Positions 7,291 to 15,926 of a stretch of DNA of 64,000 nt are shown here, in pieces. Source of the DNA: a virus. Each line of letters starts with the position of its first letter. Position 1 is the first letter of the stretch. The translations under genes were made by a program, and so were the position numbers. The notes beneath the pieces are model-generated. The model did no database searches. It saw nothing but the letters and a program-made list of their open reading frames with translations, and was not told where the DNA came from. The stretch lies in the IMG/VR virus record IMGVR_UViG_3300021961_000021; one strand, written 5' to 3'.

Positions 7291-7314
7291 CAAGGTTTGG
7301 CTCCACCAGGAGTA

Positions 7315-7515
7315 TTAAACTCCATATCCAATATCAGAAGCGAGGTGGTCGAGGAAGATTTCGTAATCTTCATCTGGGTCTCCAAAGAATTGGACCCCTA
7401 CGGATTCATAAAAACGAAATAGTTTCTTGAACAGGGATGGGTTTTCCTGATCAAGTGGAATGTCACCGTGGACGACCTGTTTAAGGTAACCGTAATCTGT
7501 TTGACTGATAGGCAT
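7315..7515 (-). CDS. Hypothetical protein (66 aa)
   Basis: ORF track; follows the tRNA. Confidence 0.65.
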   Translation of the reverse strand: MPISQTDYGYLKQVVHGDIPLDQENPSLFKKLFRFYESVGVQFFGDPDEDYEIFLDHLASDIGYGV

Positions 7516-7561
7516 AAGAATACCTCACTTCTATAGACTAGACGTATATCCCCTAAGGGAA

Positions 7562-7634
7562 CGGGTCAGGTAGGGATCGAACCTACGACCGACTGCTTAG
7601 AAGGCAGTTGCTCTATCCACTGAGCTACTGACCC
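7562..7634 (-). tRNA. tRNA-Arg (anticodon UCU), no encoded CCA
   Basis: GGGTCAG acceptor, TAGCTCAGTGGATAGAGC D arm, ACTGC-CTTCTAA-GCAGT anticodon arm, GGTTCGATCC T loop; 73 nt. Confidence 0.96.
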
Positions 7635-7640
7635 AAGTAG

Positions 7641-7790
7641 TCACGTCATATCTACCATATATTGACGGATGGTTTCTGCTAGTTCTTCGGCACGATAATG
7701 TTCGTTATCGTTTACATAGTCGTGTAGTTGATCAATCATAATTTCAAGTGCTTGGTTAATGTCTTCAATGAATTCATTGTCCCAATCCAT
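7641..7790 (-). CDS. Hypothetical acidic protein (49 aa; start revised to MDWD)
   Basis: Part of ORF-track 7641..7916 not overlapping the nuclease gene. Confidence 0.55.
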   Translation of the reverse strand: MDWDNEFIEDINQALEIMIDQLHDYVNDNEHYRAEELAETIRQYMVDMT

Positions 7791-7842
7791 TTTGGTCACC
7801 CATCGATTACTTGTTAAGTATATAGCAACTGTTAAGGTGATG

Positions 7843-8286
7843 TCAAGTGTTCGGGTAGTAGTCTTTTCTATAATACCTGCCAAGAATATTACTGTTGTAA
7901 TAGGCAGGAGCACCATTCAAAGATTCAGTGAGTACATTGTTGAGAAACAATTGCCGTGTCTCTTCATAATTGGTTTTGCCAGGTGTGAGGTGGAGGGAAA
8001 GAATCTCCCTCCTAAAGTTTTCTTTACCAAATAATTTGATGTCGTCTTTTAGTTCTGGGCAAGATCCATAATACTTTTTCCAATCAGACTCTAGTGTTTT
8101 CCGTCGCTTTTCCCCTTTAGGTTTTCGATGAGACCAGAAATACTTTCTGCCAATGTACGATTTTCCTGTTGTGATATTGGTAATCTTATAAACAAACCCA
8201 TAGTGATTCCCAATACACTCGCTAGTAAAATTCTGGTCATTATATAACCAAGGGTTTTCATAATCAGTCTGCCTCTCCATCGTCAT
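7843..8286 (-). CDS. GIY-YIG (Seg-like) endonuclease domain protein
   Basis: GFVYKITNITTGKSYIGRK, YYGSC, NFRREIL, YYNSNI motifs. Confidence 0.8.
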   Translation of the reverse strand: MTMERQTDYENPWLYNDQNFTSECIGNHYGFVYKITNITTGKSYIGRKYFWSHRKPKGEKRRKTLESDWKKYYGSCPELKDDIKLFGKENFRREILSLHLTPGKTNYEETRQLFLNNVLTESLNGAPAYYNSNILGRYYRKDYYPNT

Positions 8287-8413
8287 CTTCTACCTGAATA
8301 CCACTCACAATGTCTTGAAGGTATTTAGATGGATCGGAATATACTTCCGATTCCAGTTCATCCACGATACGACGAAGATCTGCAATCAATAATCTCAGTT
8401 TAAAGTGATCCAT
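8264..8413 (-). CDS. Small hypothetical protein (49 aa)
   Basis: Hand-translated MDHFKLRLLIADLRRIVDELESEVYSDPSKYLQDIVSGIQVEDDDGEAD. Confidence 0.6.
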   Translation of the reverse strand: MDHFKLRLLIADLRRIVDELESEVYSDPSKYLQDIVSGIQVEDDDGEAD

Positions 8414-9071
8414 CGTTTAACTCCAGATTAAGAGATTCCCAGTCACGCTGAAACAACTGGAGTCCACTATCGGTCAACGTGTGATCATACATCTTCCAGA
8501 AGACATCAAGAGGTACAGTGCATATATCAGCACCTGCTCCAAATGCTTTAACGACATCAGGGGCAGACCGTATAGAGGCAGCAAGAATCTCTGTCTGTAC
8601 ATCGTGCATCTCGTAGATAGTGTTAATCTCTCGTACCAAACCGATACCGTCCCAATACTGATCGTGTAGACGACCAACAAACGGACTAACGTAGGTAGCA
8701 CCAGCCTTAGCAGCAAGAATCGCCTGAGCTGCTGAAAAAATAAGCGTGACATTGGTTTTGATTCCATCCTGTGCTAAGTCTGCACAAGCCAATAGTCCTT
8801 GTCTAGTGCAAGGTAATTTAATTGTAACATTTGGGGCAATCTGATAATAATCGACTGCCATATCCAACATTTCTTCTGCAGTATCTCCCATAACTTCGGC
8901 AGATACTGATGCGGTCCAAGAAAATAGTTCGGAAATTCTGTAAATAACGTCTATAGGATCCTGTCCCTGTCTTGCCATCAGTGTTGGGTTTGTGGTAACA
9001 CCGTCAACAAGACCAGTTTCTATAGCGGATTTAATTACGTCAGGATCGGAACTATCGAGAAACAGTTTCAT
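8400..9071 (-). CDS. talC: Transaldolase (TalC/FSA family)
   Basis: MKLFLDS, DGVTTNPTL, NVTIKLP, TNVTLIFS, YVSPFVGR, LAASIR; late promoter ATAAATA at 9104-9098. Confidence 0.95.
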   Translation of the reverse strand: MKLFLDSSDPDVIKSAIETGLVDGVTTNPTLMARQGQDPIDVIYRISELFSWTASVSAEVMGDTAEEMLDMAVDYYQIAPNVTIKLPCTRQGLLACADLAQDGIKTNVTLIFSAAQAILAAKAGATYVSPFVGRLHDQYWDGIGLVREINTIYEMHDVQTEILAASIRSAPDVVKAFGAGADICTVPLDVFWKMYDHTLTDSGLQLFQRDWESLNLELNDGSL

Positions 9072-9110
9072 CGGTCTTTGTCCTACTGATCTACGAGTAT
9101 TTATCCGCAC

Positions 9111-9142
9111 AAAAAAAGAGACTCACTTATGTGTGAGTCTCA
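9111..9142 (-). terminator. Intrinsic terminator after the DUF4278-like peptide
   Basis: GAGACTCAC-ACATAA-GTGAGTCTC-TTTTTTT. Confidence 0.85.
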
Positions 9143-9148
9143 TAACGT

Positions 9149-9298
9149 TCATTTAACTTGCTTACTGGGTTCGTAATGCCTTACATACTTAATGCCACGA
9201 TAAATTTCTTCGCGCCATTGTTCTTGCATTGTTTCAAACTTCGCTTTACGAAGTTCTTCGGTGTCATATTGAGCACCACGATAAACTACCTTAGACAT
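9149..9298 (-). CDS. DUF4278-like small protein (49 aa)
   Basis: Hand-translated MSKVVYRGAQYDTEELRKAKFETMQEQWREEIYRGIKYVRHYEPSKQVK; two YRG motifs; TAGGAG RBS. Confidence 0.8.
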   Translation of the reverse strand: MSKVVYRGAQYDTEELRKAKFETMQEQWREEIYRGIKYVRHYEPSKQVK

Positions 9299-9330
9299 AA
9301 GATTAACTCCTAAAGAAATGAGATGGTTAG

Positions 9331-9505
9331 TCCCGTTCCTTCAGTCGGCTTTTGCGTCTACGAAACAACTTTTCTTTGTGACTTGCTTAACCTCCCACAC
9401 AAGATCATTCTTTTGTTGGTCGGTGACAATTTGACTGGCATTGATTCTACTAATGAGAAGTTGTGCCTGTAAGCAAGTTAAGAAAATCTGTTCCATAGAT
9501 GAACG
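9331..9505 (-). ncRNA. Second glutamine-II-like aptamer with an ORF nested in its variable stem
   Basis: CGTTCA (9505-9500)...CGCAAAAGCCGACTGAAGGAACGGGA (to 9331); 11-bp stem TCTATGGAACA/TGTTTCGTAGA closes the insert. Confidence 0.6.
9341..9496 (-). CDS. 51-aa ORF nested within the second aptamer
   Basis: Hand-translated MEQIFLTCLQAQLLISRINASQIVTDQQKNDLVWEVKQVTKKSCFVDAKAD; stop TGA lies inside GCCGACTGAAGG. Confidence 0.6.
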   Translation of the reverse strand: MEQIFLTCLQAQLLISRINASQIVTDQQKNDLVWEVKQVTKKSCFVDAKAD

Positions 9506-9561
9506 TCCCGTTCCGAGTCGGCTTACTTGCGTTCGCTATTTGGAAATAGCGAATGAACGAT
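9506..9561 (-). ncRNA. Glutamine-II (Downstream-peptide)-like riboswitch aptamer
   Basis: ATCGTTCA-TTCGCTATTTCCAAATAGCGAA-CGCAAGTAAGCCGACTC-GGAACGGGA; P1 CGTTC/GAACG; starts just after late promoter TAAATA (9572-9567). Confidence 0.75.
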
Positions 9562-9565
9562 AATA

Positions 9566-9694
9566 CTATTTAGTTTTTCTCTTTTTGTTTTTGTGTTTTC
9601 TCCTTTGACAGGGTTTAGTTTTATTAAGATCATTCTTGAGTTGCCTCAAGAATCTGATGTGTTTACGAGTCTCTTTTGGATCTAGCATAATCAT
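9566..9694 (-). CDS. Small highly basic protein (42 aa)
   Basis: Hand-translated MIMLDPKETRKHIRFLRQLKNDLNKTKPCQRRKHKNKKRKTK. Confidence 0.45.
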   Translation of the reverse strand: MIMLDPKETRKHIRFLRQLKNDLNKTKPCQRRKHKNKKRKTK

Positions 9695-9830
9695 TTTTCA
9701 TTGCAGACAATGCCCAGGCATCAGTCAGTTTCTTCGGTCCTTCGTTCAACAACTGGATTTGAAATGCTGATAGACCAGCCTTCCTCTCCAAATACTCCTG
9801 TCTCCACGACTGTGGGTTCTGGTTGTGCAT
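9663..9830 (-). CDS. Hypothetical protein (55 aa; start MHNQ)
   Basis: 3' part of ORF-track 9663..9926; WRQEYLERKAGLSAFQIQLLNEGPKKLTDAWAL. Confidence 0.5.
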   Translation of the reverse strand: MHNQNPQSWRQEYLERKAGLSAFQIQLLNEGPKKLTDAWALSAMKNDYARSKRDS

Positions 9831-10074
9831 CTTCTTGTTCCCATTGTTGTTTAATCTGTTCTGCTTGACGATCAACGTCACGCATAGTTGCTTCAACTTT
9901 AGCATCAATATACCACTTCTCAACATAGGAGAAAAGATATTCCAAGATGATATTAAGAGGCGGTTTTTGTTTTTTAATCCACCTCTTAATCTTCTGTAGT
10001 TCTGTTTCCTTTTCTGGATCGAGAACTACATTAAATTCAAAGTTGAAATCCTGCGAAGGTGTCTCCTGTGACAT
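9721..10074 (-). CDS. Hypothetical protein; start uncertain (10074-10128)
   Basis: ORF track 9721..10128; overlaps the nrdB 3' end. Confidence 0.6.
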   Translation of the reverse strand: MSQETPSQDFNFEFNVVLDPEKETELQKIKRWIKKQKPPLNIILEYLFSYVEKWYIDAKVEATMRDVDRQAEQIKQQWEQEDAQPEPTVVETGVFGEEGWSISISNPVVERRTEETD

Positions 10075-11200
10075 CTTGTTTAATGCCTCCAACGACATAC
10101 GATTCGATCTCAGTTTCTTGGGGAGCATTCTGTTGCCCCTTGCTGTTCAACCAATACTCTGTCCAAGGGAGAGGATTGTTCTTGGCAGCAATGTCATAGA
10201 TAGGATCAATACCAACTGCCTTCATTCGACGATTAGCGACCCACTCAACATACTGACCAAGAAGTTTAGCATTAAGACCAATCATAGATCCGTCTTTGAA
10301 TAGATACTCTGCCCAACGCTTCTCCTCTTCAACACATTCCTTATACATTTGAATTACGTTTTCACGTTCTTCCTCAATGATACGGATCATCACGGGGTCA
10401 TCACCCTGTGCCCACTTGTTCAGAATATTTTGAGTAAGGACAAGATGTTGGCTTTCGTCTCTGGCGATGAGAGAGATAATTTTAGCGGATCCTTCCATAA
10501 GTTTGAGTTCACCAAACGCAAACGAGCAAGCGAACGATACATAGAATCGGATACCTTCAAGGATGTTGACGTTAACAACTGCGCGATAGAGTTTTCTTTT
10601 GAGTTCATAGAGTGTCTCCTGAGCGGCTGGTGTACCTTCTAGATAGTGCTGCCATTGATTACCGCTACCCCATTCTTGAGCAGCGTTAATGAATTCATCA
10701 TAAGCTGCGGTTACAGATTTTGCACGGTTTATGATGTTTTCATCACCAAGAATCGTATCAAAAACTTCTGATGGGTTGCTATACACATTCTTAATAATGT
10801 ATGTGTAAGACTTACTATGAATCATCTCAAAGAATTCCCAAGCGATCATCGCAGATTCCAGTTCTGGCAGAGAACACCAGGGAATAAATGCGAGACCAGG
10901 ACCACGACCCTGAATCGAATCAAGAAGAATCTGATACCTCAAATTGGAAGTAAAGATATGCCTCTGAGTTTCACTAAGACTATGATAATCTGCACGATCC
11001 TTCTGCAGAGATACCTCTTCAGGTCTCCAGAAATATCCCATCTGAGTGGTGGTTAGTTTATCGAACACTGGATACTTAGCACCATCGTATCTCTGGACCC
11101 CCAGAGGAGGTCCGAAAAACATTGGTACTTTATTCGTATCAACTGCGTTCTGATTGAACACCGTAACGCCATCAATAGGTTTAGACTTTGCAACTGTCAC
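10037..11200 (-). CDS. nrdB: Class Ia ribonucleotide reductase beta subunit
   Basis: FWRPEEVSL, ILLDSIQGR, EMIHSKSYTY, EGIRFYVSFACSF, IARDESQHL; probable GTG start at 11200. Confidence 0.97.
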   Translation of the reverse strand: MTVAKSKPIDGVTVFNQNAVDTNKVPMFFGPPLGVQRYDGAKYPVFDKLTTTQMGYFWRPEEVSLQKDRADYHSLSETQRHIFTSNLRYQILLDSIQGRGPGLAFIPWCSLPELESAMIAWEFFEMIHSKSYTYIIKNVYSNPSEVFDTILGDENIINRAKSVTAAYDEFINAAQEWGSGNQWQHYLEGTPAAQETLYELKRKLYRAVVNVNILEGIRFYVSFACSFAFGELKLMEGSAKIISLIARDESQHLVLTQNILNKWAQGDDPVMIRIIEEERENVIQMYKECVEEEKRWAEYLFKDGSMIGLNAKLLGQYVEWVANRRMKAVGIDPIYDIAAKNNPLPWTEYWLNSKGQQNAPQETEIESYVVGGIKQDVTGDTFAGFQL

Positions 11201-13499
11201 AATCTTCTTCCTCCTGTGATTCGATTTCATCAAGTAACTGTTGGATGCGAATTGCATCTCGGATGTTCTGTTCTACATCTGCGTCTCCATCAGTTTTACG
11301 ATCGTAAGTGTTCTGATAATAAGATGTCTTCCACCCGTACTTATAAGTTGTAAGTAGGTCTTGTGCCATAACAGAAACTGGAACCTCATCATTGGGATAG
11401 TTCTCTGGATTATAGGACCAGTTGCCACTGATTGCCTGATCAAAGAACTTCTGCATCACTGCAGTAACTTTAATGTATCCATCATTAGATTGCATATCCC
11501 AGAGCAGAGTGTACTTGTTCTTCAGGTGTGGATACCCAGGAACAATCTGCTTAAGAGGTCCCTTCTTGGATTTCTTAACGGACAAGAAATCTCTAGGAGG
11601 TTCGATTCCATTGGTTGCGTTTGACACAACGGAACTGCTCTCTGAAGGCATCTGTGCGGACAGTGTTGAGTTCCGTAGACCGTGCTCCAGGATAGATGCT
11701 CTAAGAGTTTCCCAATCATAGAAATATGCAGGTGCTACCAACTCATCAACGTCCTTCTTATATGTATCGATGGGCAGAATGCCATCAGCATACTTGGTAC
11801 GATTGAAGTATCCACAGGCACCTTTCTCTTTAGCAAGTTGATTAGATGCTTTGAGAAGGTTGTATTGGAATGCTTCAGTGAGTTTATGTACCTCAGTAAG
11901 GGCATAAACATCATCATACTTTGCACCGATCTTAGCAAGGTAATGTGCCAGACCGATGTACCCAATACCCAAGGAACGACGATTCTTAGTGCTAATCTCT
12001 GCAGCAGAAATAGGATATCGCTGATAATCAATCAGTTCATCCAGACCACGAACAGCAAGATCACAAAGGTTCTCAAGTTCCTCAAGAGACTTCAGTTTAC
12101 CGACGTTAATTGCAGAGAGAATACACAGAGCAATCTCACCATCACCATCGATATGTTCCAGAGGATCTGTTGGAAGAGTGATCTCCTGACACAGGTTGGA
12201 CATATTCACTTTGTCCTTAAAGGACGAGTGAGAATTGCAGTGGTCGATATTCATAATGTAGATACGACCAGTCTCTGCACGTTCCTTCAGCAGGTCCAGG
12301 ATGAGTTCCTGAGCACTAATAGATTTCTTGGGGATGGTTGGGTCTGCTTCGTACTTGGTGTACAGAGCATCAAAATCATCAGTGCCAAAAGCGGCGTAAA
12401 GACCAGGGACATCGTGAGGGCTGAAAAGATGCATAGATTCATTCTTGATGAATCGTTCGTAGAAGATCTTGCTGATCTGTATGCTGTAATCAAGTTTCCT
12501 AACACGGTTATCCTCTGTACCTTTGTTGTTCTTTAGAACGATGATGTCTTCGATTTCTTGGTGCCAGATTGGGAAGTGGACCGTTGCGGATCCGCCCCGT
12601 ATGCCATTCTGAGTGCAGCATCGGACAGTTGACTCAAACTTTTTGAGAAATGGTACAACACCTGTGTGCTGAACCTCCCCGCCCCTGATCTTGCTGTTGA
12701 TGCCACGGATTCTACCTGCGTTGATACCGATGCCCGCCCTTTGTGCAACGTATCTGCCAATAGCCATATCAGAGCTAAAGATACTATCGAGGGTGTCATC
12801 AACATCAACAAGAACACAGCTAGCAAATTGTCTAAGCGGTGTTCGTACTCCTGCCAACACTGGTGTTGGGACGTTGATTTTTCCTTTACTTGTTGCTGTG
12901 TAGTATCGTCTGACATAATCGAGCCTTGTCTCTTGAGGATAGTCTTGGAAGAGAGTTGCAGCGACCATAATGTACATATACTGTGGCGTCTCATACAGAC
13001 GACCAGTGCTACGGTCCTGCACCAAATACTTATCAACGATCTGACGAAGACCTGCATAGGTAAATCCCATACAGCGATCGTGATCGATATAACCGTTCAG
13101 GGTATCCCACTCCTCAGTAGTATATTTGTCGAGGATTCCAGGGTCATATACCCCCTTCTCAATGCAATTTGTGACGTGAGTCCTCAGTGGGATATAACCA
13201 CTAACATTCCATTTAGGGAATACTTGTTTACGAATACTGAACAGAAGTAGCCTTGCGGCTACATATTGGTAGTTTGGGTTGTCTAGAGTTATCAAATCAC
13301 TAGCAGATCTAATCAGGATATCCTGAATCTCAGATGATTTAATGCCATCAAAGAACTGAAGATTTGCATTCATCTCTACCTGAGAGACGCTAACACCCGC
13401 GAGACCATCACAGGCAAACTCAACCATAGCGTGAATCTTATCTAGGTTGAGAGGTTCGGTTGTACCGTTCCTTTTAATAACATTCATACTTTCTTCCAT
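11181..13499 (-). CDS. nrdA: Class Ia ribonucleotide reductase alpha subunit with ATP cone
   Basis: VIKRNG cone, QFASCVL, SNLCQEITLP, IALCILSA, QMPSESSS, C-terminal CDSCKV. Confidence 0.98.
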   Translation of the reverse strand: MEESMNVIKRNGTTEPLNLDKIHAMVEFACDGLAGVSVSQVEMNANLQFFDGIKSSEIQDILIRSASDLITLDNPNYQYVAARLLLFSIRKQVFPKWNVSGYIPLRTHVTNCIEKGVYDPGILDKYTTEEWDTLNGYIDHDRCMGFTYAGLRQIVDKYLVQDRSTGRLYETPQYMYIMVAATLFQDYPQETRLDYVRRYYTATSKGKINVPTPVLAGVRTPLRQFASCVLVDVDDTLDSIFSSDMAIGRYVAQRAGIGINAGRIRGINSKIRGGEVQHTGVVPFLKKFESTVRCCTQNGIRGGSATVHFPIWHQEIEDIIVLKNNKGTEDNRVRKLDYSIQISKIFYERFIKNESMHLFSPHDVPGLYAAFGTDDFDALYTKYEADPTIPKKSISAQELILDLLKERAETGRIYIMNIDHCNSHSSFKDKVNMSNLCQEITLPTDPLEHIDGDGEIALCILSAINVGKLKSLEELENLCDLAVRGLDELIDYQRYPISAAEISTKNRRSLGIGYIGLAHYLAKIGAKYDDVYALTEVHKLTEAFQYNLLKASNQLAKEKGACGYFNRTKYADGILPIDTYKKDVDELVAPAYFYDWETLRASILEHGLRNSTLSAQMPSESSSVVSNATNGIEPPRDFLSVKKSKKGPLKQIVPGYPHLKNKYTLLWDMQSNDGYIKVTAVMQKFFDQAISGNWSYNPENYPNDEVPVSVMAQDLLTTYKYGWKTSYYQNTYDRKTDGDADVEQNIRDAIRIQQLLDEIESQEEEDCDSCKV

Positions 13500-14485
13500 C
13501 CAGTAAATTTTAGTTTTGCTTCTAGACCGTGATAGGTATTAGACTCTATCACGTTTTGAACATCGTGTCCAGCGAGAACCATATCATTGATATCTTTCTC
13601 TGTGATTTTGGAATCCCATATCACAACTCTTTCGCCCCGATCGATTGCTGCTGATATTCTGGAGACAATTTGTGGGTTGCGTGGTTCGTTATCAAAGATC
13701 CACACAAGATCGCTAATGCCCCACTTACGAGGATCAGCATCACTTCCGCACATAGCAATCGAGTTGCGAATGAAGAGCGAATCCAACGGTCCTTCAGTGA
13801 TGTAGACAGTTCGATTTTTGTCCACGCTGTCGAGACCGAAGAGTTTGGGTTTAGTTTCATCGAAGATTACCGTAATGTAACGAAGTTTAGCAGTGGGAGT
13901 TAGAGATCTCCCTTGAATTCCAAACCAGTTACCTTCAAAGTCGGTAAGGGGAAGGATAATTCTTGGACGATCATTCTGTAGATTATCAAAAGTCTGCTTT
14001 TTGGTATTCACATACCTCTTAAATCTATCTGCATAGTATAACCTATCCAGTGATTCTAGTGGCAACTTACGTTGTTCAAGATATACCCTTGCGGGGTGTT
14101 CTTTATTTAGAGATGATATTGTTGGTAGTTTAGTTCCCGTATTAAATTTTGGTGTCGATCTAACTACTGCATCATACTTCGGTGTCTCAACCCTAGTTGA
14201 TTTGCCAGTCAACCCATCACGATACCTCTCCATAACAAACTGATCGTATAGATCTCTAGCATTATCTTTCAAGAAGTTTCCTAGAGTTCTACCTACAGAA
14301 CAATTATGGCACTTAAAGATCAGGTCACTACCTTTAGCGAAAAAATAACCCCTTGCCTTAGACTTCTGCTTTTGAGAGTCGCCGCAATAGGGGCATCTAA
14401 AGTTGTATAGATTTGAGTGCTTTTCTTTAAACAGGTCTAACCGTCCACCCACTAAGCGGGCGTACTTAAGATCAATGTAACTCAC
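13484..14485 (-). CDS. gp61: DNA primase (T4 gp61-like)
   Basis: NFRCPYCGDS...FKCHNC zinc finger; YITEGPLDSLF and KDINDM TOPRIM motifs. Confidence 0.95.
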   Translation of the reverse strand: MSYIDLKYARLVGGRLDLFKEKHSNLYNFRCPYCGDSQKQKSKARGYFFAKGSDLIFKCHNCSVGRTLGNFLKDNARDLYDQFVMERYRDGLTGKSTRVETPKYDAVVRSTPKFNTGTKLPTISSLNKEHPARVYLEQRKLPLESLDRLYYADRFKRYVNTKKQTFDNLQNDRPRIILPLTDFEGNWFGIQGRSLTPTAKLRYITVIFDETKPKLFGLDSVDKNRTVYITEGPLDSLFIRNSIAMCGSDADPRKWGISDLVWIFDNEPRNPQIVSRISAAIDRGERVVIWDSKITEKDINDMVLAGHDVQNVIESNTYHGLEAKLKFTGWKKV

Positions 14486-14907
14486 TTAGTGGCAGTCGCG
14501 GGTGCATTAAGAGTAGCACCCTGAGTTCCTGTTGTCAAGATATTTCCAAAGAAAGATGCTGAACCGATGATGACTACAGCAGCAGTACCAATACCGACAG
14601 TAATCCATCTAAACGTAGCAAGATCGTTAACCCTATTTTCTATGGTTTCGATCCTAGAAATCACAGCAGTATGTTCTTTTGTATTCTGCATCTTCATTTC
14701 CTCAATCATTTTGATGATGAGGTTATCAGCACGATCAGATTGTTCCAATCTTTCTTCGTGTTTGGCAAGAACTTGAGCGATGCGATTGTTTCCTTCGGAA
14801 ATCTTTTCTACTGCTCGCTCAAGTTTATCGAGCATTTCTTTTGATAGGTCTTCATAGATATTAAGTTTGCTTTCAAGGACCGCTAATTTCTGCAGACCGA
14901 ATGCCAT
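14482..14907 (-). CDS. Coiled-coil protein with C-terminal TM helix
   Basis: Heptad-like segment followed by WITVGIGTAAVVIIGSASFFG. Confidence 0.7.
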   Translation of the reverse strand: MAFGLQKLAVLESKLNIYEDLSKEMLDKLERAVEKISEGNNRIAQVLAKHEERLEQSDRADNLIIKMIEEMKMQNTKEHTAVISRIETIENRVNDLATFRWITVGIGTAAVVIIGSASFFGNILTTGTQGATLNAPATATK

Positions 14908-14909
14908 CT

Positions 14910-15536
14910 TTACATCGCCTCCAGACGCTTGCTGTAATAGAACTTCAGCACGTCGGATGGCATCATCCTCTTTACTGACATAGACTTCATAGTTTCTGGT
15001 CTATAGATCTTGCGAAGTCTCAGTTTTACATCTGCTTCGCTAGAACCATAGAAAACAAATTCAATCTCATCAGAGTGAACAAAGAATGGGAAATATTTAC
15101 CAGGAGTTTTCTTCTTCTCCTCACAAACATACTTCCCGTCCTTCATCTTAAACTTACATTTACGAATCTTACCCTTGGGTTGCTTACTCACACCACCCAT
15201 AGGTTGATCAAATCCTGCTGTAGGACCATCAGAATCAGCATCAGCACTAAACCCAGCGGCAGATGATGTGCTTCCTGTGCTCATTGTTGGTGCTTCTTCA
15301 CCAATATAATCAAACTCTTCCTTGCGAGATCTTTCCGCCTGTCTACGCTTATGAAAATCCATATAGGATTCTCCAGGCTTGGCAGTCTTGCTGTAATCGG
15401 GTTTGGGTTTTGATGCTGCAGCACGGTCTTCACGAGCACGCTGGTTAGCACCAGGACCACCCAATCTACGATCTTTCTCGGGATCTGGATGCCAGAAATC
15501 GGCACGTTCTACAAATTGTTTTTTCTGGATACCCAT
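14910..15536 (-). CDS. Hypothetical protein (208 aa)
   Basis: ORF track; tiles with neighbours. Confidence 0.7.
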   Translation of the reverse strand: MGIQKKQFVERADFWHPDPEKDRRLGGPGANQRAREDRAAASKPKPDYSKTAKPGESYMDFHKRRQAERSRKEEFDYIGEEAPTMSTGSTSSAAGFSADADSDGPTAGFDQPMGGVSKQPKGKIRKCKFKMKDGKYVCEEKKKTPGKYFPFFVHSDEIEFVFYGSSEADVKLRLRKIYRPETMKSMSVKRMMPSDVLKFYYSKRLEAM

Positions 15537-15538
15537 AT

Positions 15539-15910
15539 CTACAACCTAGACAGTTCGGAATATATTTTCGGATCTATCTGAATAGTTTCAAATACTCCAG
15601 TATTACTTTCTGGAAGTATATTCAAATAGATGAGGTAGGTTTTTAGTATCGACCAATACTGTTGTTCAACTTTATAAATCAATAACGGTATTGCAGCATC
15701 ACCAAATACATTGAATAGGACAATCAAATGATTAATAATCAAATGATTACGAAGAACCCCAGTCTTTAAATATCTCCCAAACAATCTCTTAAGATATTTA
15801 AATCTCATCATATCTTCCAGAAAATCATCATAGGTGACAGACTGGGGGTTATCGTAATGTTTGATTGCGAACATTATATGGTTGTCCGCTGTAAGCACCG
15901 AAAAATTCAT
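15539..15910 (-). CDS. Conserved T4-like hypothetical protein
   Basis: FAIKHYDNPQ...DMMRFKYLKRLF...NHLIVLFNVFG pattern recalled from T4-like phages. Confidence 0.75.
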   Translation of the reverse strand: MNFSVLTADNHIMFAIKHYDNPQSVTYDDFLEDMMRFKYLKRLFGRYLKTGVLRNHLIINHLIVLFNVFGDAAIPLLIYKVEQQYWSILKTYLIYLNILPESNTGVFETIQIDPKIYSELSRL

Positions 15911-15926
15911 AATATATCAATCAGTA

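Noticed and set aside
11682-13250. Long plus-strand ORFs (284 and 194 aa) opposite nrdA
   Set aside because: Antisense shadows of a highly conserved gene; no RBS, promoter or recognisable motifs.
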